DNA of 64,000 nucleotides, taken from the NCBI GenBank assembly GCA_043826455.1, contig JBDRQD010000006.1, positions 1 through 64,000 of the forward strand. The letters are read 5' to 3'. This document shows, in pieces, positions 56,749 to 64,000 of this stretch. This DNA is from Candidatus Bathyarchaeota archaeon (GTDB lineage Archaea; Thermoproteota; Bathyarchaeia; TCS64). The notes beneath the pieces were generated by a model. That model ran no database searches, was not told where the DNA came from, and saw only the letters and a program-made list of their open reading frames with translations. How positions within the stretch are numbered: the first letter of the stretch is position 1; every line of letters starts with the position of its first letter. Both the position numbers and the translations under genes were made by a program.

Positions 56749-58425
56749 TCAGCTCAGCCCCTTTATGACGCCGTTCTCGTCGATGTCCATGTCGTCGGAC
56801 GCAGGCTTCGACGGCAGCCCGGGCATGGTGTTGATGTCCCCGCAGTAAGCCACTATGAAGCCGACGCCTGTGGCGGGCTTCAGGTTCCTGACGGGCAGGA
56901 TGTATCCCTCCGGGGGCATCCCCTGGATGTCCTCGTTGTCCGTGAGGCTCAGAGGCGTCTTGGCCATGCAGATGGGCATCTTGTCGAAGCCCAGCTTCTC
57001 TATCTTCCTGAGGGTGCTCCTGGCCTCGGAGCTCAGCTCGATGTCCGCCACCTTGTACATGCCCTGGGCGATGGCCCTGATCTTGTCCTCCACGGGCATC
57101 TCCAGGTCGTAGAGGTAGTGGAAGCTGCTGCCCTTCTTGACCTCCCTGAGCACCACCTCGGCCAGCTCCTTGCCGCCGACCCCGCCCTTCAGCACTGTGT
57201 CCGTGAACGCGGCGGGCACGCCCTCCTTCTTGGCCCAGTTCAGGATCACGTCGATCTCCTCCGGGGTATCCGTGTAGAAGTGGTTCATGCAGACGACGAC
57301 ACGCAGACCGAACCTCTTGGCGTTGTCCACCTCGTTGGCCAGTATGGGCAGGCCCGCCCTCACCTTCTCAGGGTTGGGTTCCTTCAGGTCCTTGTACTTG
57401 ACGCCGGCGTGGCGCTTCAGCGCCTTGATGGTGGCCACGATGACAGCCAGGTCGGGTTTCAGGCCGCCAGCCCTGGACGCTATATTGCAGAACTTCTCCA
57501 TGCCCAGGTCGGCTCCGAAGCCGGGCTCCACGATGACGTAGTCCGTGAGCTTGAGGGCCGTCTTGATGGCTGACAGGCTGGGGCAGCCGTGGGCGATGTT
57601 GGCGAAGGGGCCGCCGTGGATGATGGCGGGAGTGTTCTCCAGGGTCTGGACCAGGTTGGGCTTCACGGCGTCCTTCAGTAGGATGGCTAATGCGCCTATG
57701 CCGCCTATGTCCTTGGCCTTGACGGCCTCACCCTTCTTGTTGTAGGCCACTGTGATCTCGCCCATGCGCCTCTTCATCTCCATGAGGTCGCTGCTGATGG
57801 CGTGGATGGCCGTGATCTCGGAGGCCGTGGTGATCTCGAAGCCCGTCTCGTATGGGACGCCGTCGTTCTTGCCGCCGAGGCCCGCGACTATGTTACGGAG
57901 GAAGCTGCTCTCGATGTCCAGCACCCTCTTCCACATCACCTGCTTCATGTCGATGTTCAGGTCGTTGCCCCTGAACACGTGGTTCTCCATGAGGCTGGTG
58001 AGCAGGTCGTGGGCCACAGTGATGGCGTGGAGGTCACCAGTGAAGTGGATGTTGATGTCCTCCATGGGTAGGACCTGGGCGTAGCCGCCCCCGGCCGCTC
58101 CTCCCTTGATCCCGAAGACGGGGCCGAGGCTGGGCTGACGCAGAACCACGATGTTCTTCTTGCCCAGCTTACCCAGCGCCTGGGCCAGGCCGACGGCCAT
58201 GGTGGTCTTACCCTCACCGCTCTTGGTGGGGGTGACAGCTGACACGATGATCAGCCTGCCGTCAGGCTTGTCCTTCCTGTCCGTGAGGACGTGGGACTTG
58301 ATCTTGGCTTTATACTTACCATAAAGCTCTATGTCATCCTCTTTGAGCCCGAGGCTCGCAGCGATCTCCGTGATCGGCTTGAGCTTGGCGCTCTGAGCGA
58401 TCTCTATGTCCGGTGGAATAGCCAT
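56749..58425 (-). CDS. fhs: Formate-tetrahydrofolate ligase
   Basis: TPT..GEGKTT, GIKGGAAGGGY, HFTGD, HGGPFANIAHG, GFGADLG.EKF, TMPGL. Confidence 0.98.
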   Translation of the reverse strand: MAIPPDIEIAQSAKLKPITEIAASLGLKEDDIELYGKYKAKIKSHVLTDRKDKPDGRLIIVSAVTPTKSGEGKTTMAVGLAQALGKLGKKNIVVLRQPSLGPVFGIKGGAAGGGYAQVLPMEDINIHFTGDLHAITVAHDLLTSLMENHVFRGNDLNIDMKQVMWKRVLDIESSFLRNIVAGLGGKNDGVPYETGFEITTASEITAIHAISSDLMEMKRRMGEITVAYNKKGEAVKAKDIGGIGALAILLKDAVKPNLVQTLENTPAIIHGGPFANIAHGCPSLSAIKTALKLTDYVIVEPGFGADLGMEKFCNIASRAGGLKPDLAVIVATIKALKRHAGVKYKDLKEPNPEKVRAGLPILANEVDNAKRFGLRVVVCMNHFYTDTPEEIDVILNWAKKEGVPAAFTDTVLKGGVGGKELAEVVLREVKKGSSFHYLYDLEMPVEDKIRAIAQGMYKVADIELSSEARSTLRKIEKLGFDKMPICMAKTPLSLTDNEDIQGMPPEGYILPVRNLKPATGVGFIVAYCGDINTMPGLPSKPASDDMDIDENGVIKGLS

Positions 58426-58485
58426 AGTGTTTCAAGGAATAGATGTGAGCCCGCTTAATAACTTTCAGGGGAAAAAAATGGGGAG

Positions 58486-60099
58486 CTACATCCCCTCGTG
58501 CAGAACCTTGTACTCCTTCTCCGGACCCGGCTTAGTGAGACTCCACTCAAAGCCACGCTGTGTGGTGACGTACTCGGGCCACGGCAGGTCTATGGGAGGG
58601 TAGAAGTCTCTGGGCAACAGGGGCGGCACCCACTTGCTGCCCCCTACGCCTCCTCCCGTCCTATCCTCGAACTCCTTCCTAGCCGCGGCCAGGTCCACCG
58701 GGTGGGTCAGCAGGTCAACGATGGTGGCGCCGATGGTCTTGGACGCCGTGACGATGCCCGGGTCCACGCAGGCCGAGTACCCGTTTAGGGCGTAGCTGGC
58801 CCACGCGGGCAACGGCTTGTCGGGGTCAGGGTTCCTTAGGACCGCGTTGGCCGTGTTCAGCCGCGTAGACGGCGCCGTCCACTGGTAATCCACGTAGTCG
58901 TCTGAGCCCTGGTGCGTCACCCACTGGGGGAACATGTACCTGATATCCTTGTCTATATAGTCGATGGGCTGGACACTCTGACACGCCTCCGTGAAGGGAT
59001 CCTTGGTCGCCTCGAAGCCCAGGTTCTCCTGAAGCTTTCTGCCGAACTCCCTGGCCTCCTCGCTGAACTTGGGTGGCCCCACCGTCTCTAGGTTCCTGAA
59101 CAGGACCTCGCTCAGCTTCTTGTTGCTGAGCCCCGTCCTGGTGCGGGCTATGATGCGCTTCGTGACCCTGGTGCCAGTTATCTGGGCCACCCCCTTGGCC
59201 GTGTTGTCCAGCACCCGCTCTATCTGCTCCTGCATCTCTAGGAGCGGGGCCCTGTGGGCGTACTGGATCTGGCTTATCCTAGGGGGCAGGTTGTCCGAGG
59301 TGGCCTGGCCCCCTACCATTATGTACTCGTTGAGGGTCCAGTAGGCCGTGTAGGGGAGCATGGCGTCCTCCACGTACTTCGTGGCAGTGTACATTAGGCA
59401 CACGGCGTCCAGGGACGCCGGTATCCTGCCCCCCGCGTGGCCCAGTATCCTGAAGGGCACGTTCTTGGGCCTGAACCAGTTCTCGGGGTTCACCGTCTCG
59501 AAGGTGTACAGGGTGTTCCAGTAGCTGGCCGCGTTGATCTCGTACCTCACCGTGTTGTAGCCGGCGGGGTGGTACGGGATGCTTGCGTCGAAGTCGTCGA
59601 AGTAGCCCTTGGCGGCGTGCACCGGCTTGGAGCCGCACACCTTCTCCGCGGGCTCCCCGAGGAACTTGAGGGTGCCCTTCAGCCCGTGCTTCTCCATGGT
59701 GTGCTTGGCCGCCAGGAACCCGAAGAGGGCGCCTGTTCCGAGCCCCGAGTGGGGGTCCGTGTGGCCAGCCGCGTAGGGGTGCAGGTTCTCGTCCCGGGGC
59801 TTCCGGTAGGGGACCGGCGCCTGGCTGCAGTCGGGTACCGCATCGTACTCGGCGAAGCCGCCTACGACGGGCTTGCCCTTGCCCCAGACGGCGCAGAAGG
59901 CCGTGGGCATCTCGCCGCTGCCCTCCTCCACCTTCCAGCCGTCGTCCCGGAGGAGCTTCACGTAGGCCGCCGCCGACCTGTACTCCCTGAAGGCTGGCTC
60001 GGCTAGGCGCCAGATCTCCATGTGGAAGTCTGAGAGCCGCTTCCTGTTCTCGTCAACGTAGTCCAGGGCGGTCTTCTTCTCCTTCTGAATCTTACTCAA
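58486..60099 (-). CDS. M20 amidohydrolase, divergent AbgB-like
   Basis: EPAFREY.S, AEYDAVP, GHTDPHS (in place of GHGCGHN), GEPAEK, GSDD. Confidence 0.8.
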   Translation of the reverse strand: MSKIQKEKKTALDYVDENRKRLSDFHMEIWRLAEPAFREYRSAAAYVKLLRDDGWKVEEGSGEMPTAFCAVWGKGKPVVGGFAEYDAVPDCSQAPVPYRKPRDENLHPYAAGHTDPHSGLGTGALFGFLAAKHTMEKHGLKGTLKFLGEPAEKVCGSKPVHAAKGYFDDFDASIPYHPAGYNTVRYEINAASYWNTLYTFETVNPENWFRPKNVPFRILGHAGGRIPASLDAVCLMYTATKYVEDAMLPYTAYWTLNEYIMVGGQATSDNLPPRISQIQYAHRAPLLEMQEQIERVLDNTAKGVAQITGTRVTKRIIARTRTGLSNKKLSEVLFRNLETVGPPKFSEEAREFGRKLQENLGFEATKDPFTEACQSVQPIDYIDKDIRYMFPQWVTHQGSDDYVDYQWTAPSTRLNTANAVLRNPDPDKPLPAWASYALNGYSACVDPGIVTASKTIGATIVDLLTHPVDLAAARKEFEDRTGGGVGGSKWVPPLLPRDFYPPIDLPWPEYVTTQRGFEWSLTKPGPEKEYKVLHEGM

Positions 60100-60159
60100 A
60101 ACACCACCAAGACTACGTTGGGCGCCAGTATATAGAACATTTACCTGGCGAGAAGGAAA

Positions 60160-60364
60160 AATGGTACCATTAATCTTCGGAAATATTTAGGTCAAGAATA
60201 ATGGTACCATTTCTAGGTGGGGACGAGCACCACGATGAAGCGGGCGGATCAAAATGGTACCATTTTCCCTAACGCGGGATGCCACCATGAAGCGGGTAAA
60301 CAAATGGTACCATTATTCCAGAGATTATTGGCATCTTGAAACCAGTTCAAGGTATGGTACCATT
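60160..60364. repeat. Palindrome array 2: five AATGGTACCATT-type cores
   Basis: Cores at 60160, 60200, 60253, 60303, 60353 (spacing 40, 53, 50, 50). Confidence 0.9.
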
Positions 60365-60438
60365 AAATTTCCCTTGATAAACCAAGGTCTTTGCCCCGAA
60401 AACTTATCTTGTGAACAGTCAACTTGTAGACAGTCAAG

Positions 60439-61278
60439 GTGAATGAGTTGGTTACAGTTACCTTCGTAAAGATAGGTTACATAGGCACGACGACCCTCGT
60501 CGACGCCCTCCTGGACGAGAGGTCCGCCCGGGCGGACATCAAGATACGGATAATATCCAGCGGCGTCAACATGGACGAGGCCGAGGGTGAGGCCGTGGCC
60601 AAGATCGCTGCAGGCGTCCCGAGCGACCTGTACGTGGCCATATCCCCCAACGTGGGGCTGCCGGGCCCCGCGAAGGTCAGGGAGGTCCTGAAGAAGACGG
60701 GCAAGCCCATCATAGTGATAGGGGACGAGCCCAGCAGGAAGGCCGTGAAGAGCTTCCCCGAGGAGGGCATAGGCTACATAGTCATCTACGGTGACCCCAT
60801 GATCAGCGCCAAGGCGCCGTTCCTGGACCCCGTGGAGATGGCCCTCTTCAACGCCGACGTCATACGGGTGCTGGCCGTGACGGGGGCCTTCAGGCTGGTC
60901 CACACGGCCATCGACAAGGTGATAGACGAGCTGAAGGAGGGCAAGAAGCCCGTGCTCCCCGAGCTGATCATCAACAAGACGGCCGCTCTAGCGGCCAGCG
61001 ATATCCAGAACCCCTACGCCTACGCCAAGGCCATGGCCGCCTACGAGGCGTCCAAGGAGGTGGCCAGCCTCAGCACCGAGGCGGTCTTCAAGATCGAGGA
61101 CAGGAACGAGGCATTGCCGGTGCTGGCCGCGGCCCACGAACTCATGAGGATGGCGGCCAAGCTGGCTGACGAGGCGCGGGAGATCGAGAAGGGCAACGAC
61201 ACGGCTGTGAGGCTAGCCCACTATAAGAAGGGGGACCTCAGGCGCCGGGTGAAGCTCTTCGACGAGCCCGAGAAGTAG
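60439..61278 (+). CDS. mtd: F420-dependent methylene-H4MPT dehydrogenase
   Basis: K.G.IG, LLDER..R, SPN..LPGP, DPMI.A...FLDP.EMA.FN.D, NPYA.AKA, AAHE. Confidence 0.93.
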   Translation: MNELVTVTFVKIGYIGTTTLVDALLDERSARADIKIRIISSGVNMDEAEGEAVAKIAAGVPSDLYVAISPNVGLPGPAKVREVLKKTGKPIIVIGDEPSRKAVKSFPEEGIGYIVIYGDPMISAKAPFLDPVEMALFNADVIRVLAVTGAFRLVHTAIDKVIDELKEGKKPVLPELIINKTAALAASDIQNPYAYAKAMAAYEASKEVASLSTEAVFKIEDRNEALPVLAAAHELMRMAAKLADEAREIEKGNDTAVRLAHYKKGDLRRRVKLFDEPEK

Positions 61279-61279
61279 G

Positions 61280-61759
61280 CTACCTGTGCCTACTTCTCCC
61301 TCGCCTAACCTTTACGGCTGCCCCGGTCCTGAAGCTGAGCATCTCCTTTTTTATCAGCAGGGCCTTACCCACGGCAATCACTTCTTTCTGCGAGTCCAGG
61401 ACCACCACCTCGTCCCCCGGCCTTATGGCGTCGCCAGCGTCCACCACGTGCTTGGCGAACACGTTCCTCCCCTCCTCCACGGCCTCCACCACGTCGTCTA
61501 GGATGGTCACGGCGTAGCCGAAGCCCTCCATCGCCTCAGCTAACCTCCTGGCCCCCGCGATGGTCAGGGTGAACAAGGCGTCGTTAGGCCTGTAGTTGGC
61601 CACCAGCACGCCCCCCGCCTCCAAGTGCCTTGGTTTGCCCGTGTTCTTGGAGTACTCGATGACCGTGTCCTCCGGGAAAAGGGCTTCTCCTGCCCCGCGG
61701 CCGAACTGGAAGTCAGCCACAGCCCTAAGCCTCTCCACGTCCTCTTTCATCAGCCTCAA
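61280..61759 (-). CDS. PUA-domain protein (TGT C-terminal-like)
   Basis: ADFQFG.G, S..TG..R, VFAKHV..A...IRPGDEV.V, G.AVKVR.G. Confidence 0.88.
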   Translation of the reverse strand: MRLMKEDVERLRAVADFQFGRGAGEALFPEDTVIEYSKNTGKPRHLEAGGVLVANYRPNDALFTLTIAGARRLAEAMEGFGYAVTILDDVVEAVEEGRNVFAKHVVDAGDAIRPGDEVVVLDSQKEVIAVGKALLIKKEMLSFRTGAAVKVRRGRSRHR

Positions 61760-61813
61760 CCATGTCGCTGAGGATTTATAAGCCCAGCCATAAAGTCTCT
61801 ATGAGGTTCATAC

Positions 61814-62329
61814 ATGCGCTGCGAAGTATGTGGACGCGAGATATTCGGGCAAGTCTACTACAGGGTCATAGAGGGAGGTAAGATGACGGTCTGCTCCGGG
61901 TGCGCCCAGTTCGGCGCACGGGACTGGGACCCCAAGGAGAAGACGGCTCAGCAGTCTCGTAGGGGCCCCTCCAGGTCGGCGGCGCCCCCGCGCCCCAGGA
62001 GCGACATAGAGGTGGCGGAGACCTTCGAGCTGGTGGAGAACTATGGGGAGCTGATACGCAAGACCCGGCAGAGGAAGGGTATGAAGGTGGAGGACTTCGC
62101 CAAGAAGCTCAACGAGAAGGAGTCCGTTGTCAAGAATCTGGAGAAGGAGGAGCTGAACCCCAGCATGGCCCTCATCAAGAAGGTGGAGAACGAGCTGGGC
62201 ATCAAGCTCCTGGAGCTGGCGCCCACGGCGTCCGGCCCAGTCCTCGCCAAGCCCATGGGGCCCAGGACCCTGGGCGACATGATCAAGATAAAGGTGCCCA
62301 AAGACGAGGAAGAGGAAGAAAAGCGATAA
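61814..62329 (+). CDS. mbf1: Archaeal multiprotein bridging factor 1
   Basis: CEVCG...IEG....VC..C Zn ribbon, Cro-like HTH, TLGD motif. Confidence 0.95.
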   Translation: MRCEVCGREIFGQVYYRVIEGGKMTVCSGCAQFGARDWDPKEKTAQQSRRGPSRSAAPPRPRSDIEVAETFELVENYGELIRKTRQRKGMKVEDFAKKLNEKESVVKNLEKEELNPSMALIKKVENELGIKLLELAPTASGPVLAKPMGPRTLGDMIKIKVPKDEEEEEKR

Positions 62330-62901
62330 ACCCAGCCATCGTCGTCACGGGGACCCCGGGCACGGGGAAGACCACCTTCTCCAAGCTGCTATCCGAGCGG
62401 ATCGGAGTCAGGCACATTGAGCTGTCAGCCTACGCCTTGGAGCGCGGGCACATCCTGGAGAGGGACGCTGAGAGGGACACATCCGTGGTGGACATGGAGG
62501 CTCTCCGGAGCAACGTATCAAACATGCTGGATGTTGAGACCCTCATCTTGGACGGCCACTACGCCCACGAGCTTACATCCCCAGACTCCACGAGGCTCGT
62601 ATTCGTCCTCAGGAGGGCCCCCTGGACGCTCCTGGGGGAGCTCCGAGGCAGAGGATACTCACAGGAGAAGACCTGGGAGAACGTGGACGCCGAGCTCCTG
62701 GCCGTGTGCCTCAGCGAGGCCCTGGAGAGGTTCCCCCCGGGCAAGGTCTGTGAGCTGGACACCACGGGCGCCCAGCCCCAGGAGACCCTGAAGATGGGCC
62801 TGGCCGCCCTGGAGAGAGGGAGCTGCCCAGGGGCGTACACGGACTGGGTGAGCCGGCCAGAGACAAACGAGCTTCTGAGGGTGAGGCCATGTACCTCATA
62901 G
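62326..62901 (+). CDS. Adenylate kinase 6 / Fap7-like NMP kinase, probable ATA start
   Basis: In frame upstream of ORF 62437: I-N-P-A-I-V-V-TGTPGTGKTT; DGHY, LR..P..L..L..RGY..EK..EN..AE. Confidence 0.85.
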   Translation: MNPAIVVTGTPGTGKTTFSKLLSERIGVRHIELSAYALERGHILERDAERDTSVVDMEALRSNVSNMLDVETLILDGHYAHELTSPDSTRLVFVLRRAPWTLLGELRGRGYSQEKTWENVDAELLAVCLSEALERFPPGKVCELDTTGAQPQETLKMGLAALERGSCPGAYTDWVSRPETNELLRVRPCTS

Positions 62902-63113
62902 CCAGGTGCCCCAGCTGCGCCAAGATCATAATGGCTAACGAGGCAAACAAGACCAGGTCGTGCCCCCACTGCGGGGCCCGCGCCGACCTCTTCAGCCTCA
63001 GGGTGCTGGCCAGGGCCAGAACCAGCCAGGAGGCCGTGGAGATCATCCAACACTTAAAGGAGAGGCAGGGCGACGAGGAATGGGTGCCCCGGTTCAAGAA
63101 GTTTAAAGTATAG
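62889..63113 (+). CDS. DUF1922-like zinc-ribbon protein
   Basis: CPSC...KTRSCPHCG. Confidence 0.8.
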   Translation: MYLIARCPSCAKIIMANEANKTRSCPHCGARADLFSLRVLARARTSQEAVEIIQHLKERQGDEEWVPRFKKFKV

Positions 63114-63199
63114 CTGCGTTTCTCGGCCCCCAGCCGGATAGGAATGTTTTTGATTTTTATATGAGAGATGGAGATAGGATAGGTTTAGAGGTAATCGAT

Positions 63200-63622
63200 T
63201 TGGCCGCTATAACTGGTAGAAGGTTCTTCGAGGAGCTAGGCCAGCTCGTGGACAAGCCGGTGGTCGTGGAGGACACGTCCGGCAAGACCTACGAGGGCAC
63301 CCTCCTCGGATTTGACAGCCAGAGCATGAGCGTGGCCCTGGGCGATGTGAAGGGAACGCAGGGGACGCTGTACCACAGGCTGGTGCTGACGGGAAGCATT
63401 ATTGCCAAGATCATGGCCACGGACCGGCCTTTCAACCTGGACGGGCTGAGGGAGCGCCTGGATAGGGTCTTCCCCAACATGGTCCAGTACTTCGCCGAGG
63501 CTGGCGTCATCGTGGTCATGAGCAAGATAAGGGTGAATGAGACCGGTGTGATAGAGGGCACGGGCCCGGCCGCGGACAGGGTCCGGGACATCTACAACAG
63601 GTTCATCGCCGAGACCACTTAA
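63200..63622 (+). CDS. Sm-like Lsm protein with C-terminal domain (SmAP3 type)
   Basis: Y.GTL.GFD Sm1 motif; PF.L..L...L..VFP.MV, V..V...G..GP.A.R; start inferred at TTG 63200. Confidence 0.85.
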   Translation: MAAITGRRFFEELGQLVDKPVVVEDTSGKTYEGTLLGFDSQSMSVALGDVKGTQGTLYHRLVLTGSIIAKIMATDRPFNLDGLRERLDRVFPNMVQYFAEAGVIVVMSKIRVNETGVIEGTGPAADRVRDIYNRFIAETT

Positions 63623-63738
63623 CCCATTTTTTAAACAGGTTCAGCCTTTCTACTCGGCTCTCACGGTCTCTCCGCCCACAGGCGGAACAAGTATAAGTCG
63701 CTGTGCAGAACCTTGAATTGAAGGTACAGAGTGAAGCC

Positions 63739-64000
63739 ATGAGCCAGCCACAGCTAAGGATGCACCAGACCATAGGCGGGTACACCTTCGAGGGCCCATA
63801 CATGACAGTGGATCACCTGCCGAGTGCACCCGGACTATACGCCGTGGTGTGCAGCGACCAGAGAGGATACTACCTGCTGGATGTGGGCTACTCCTCAAAG
63901 ATCAGGACAGCTGTGAAGAGGAGCACCCGGAGACAGTGCTGGGAGAACAACAGGAGAGGGGTCATGATGTACGCCTTCCTGGTGGACTCGCAGCTGGATG
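63739..64000 (+). CDS. GIY-YIG-like protein, truncated by the window end
   Basis: Manual translation MSQPQ..IGGYTFEGPY...LP.APGLYAVV....YYLLDVGYS..IR. Confidence 0.55.
   Translation, partial: MSQPQLRMHQTIGGYTFEGPYMTVDHLPSAPGLYAVVCSDQRGYYLLDVGYSSKIRTAVKRSTRRQCWENNRRGVMMYAFLVDSQLD

Overview
This 64 kb window is archaeal, most consistent with Bathyarchaeia (inferred from gatD/gatE, elp3, aIF-2beta, NAC, MBF1, an SmAP3-type Lsm, F420-dependent mtd next to fhs/folD, and many peptidases). Most of it is a GC-rich housekeeping backbone (pyrG, pyrB, gpmI, adk, ahcY, gatDE, elp3), interrupted by accessory segments. I recognised no tRNA, rRNA, CRISPR array, integrase or transposase. The most unusual signals are: (1) an AT-richer island (~13.7-19.3 kb) with a four-gene uncharacterised membrane module between an S9 and an M20 peptidase, where two transcription units each begin with a copy of the same covarying structured RNA leader, a candidate new archaeal riboswitch-like motif; (2) two homologous arrays of five AATGGTACCATT palindromes at mostly 50-53 bp period, each upstream of an AbgB-like amidohydrolase paralogue; (3) a stand-alone nurA-herA-Nudix operon divergent from five tandem paralogous mini winged-helix genes, which converge on two more HTH paralogues; (4) strong local G/T versus C/A strand skews that are independent of gene orientation and centred on a dispersed repeat. 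All family calls come from motif recognition by eye; no database searches were run.
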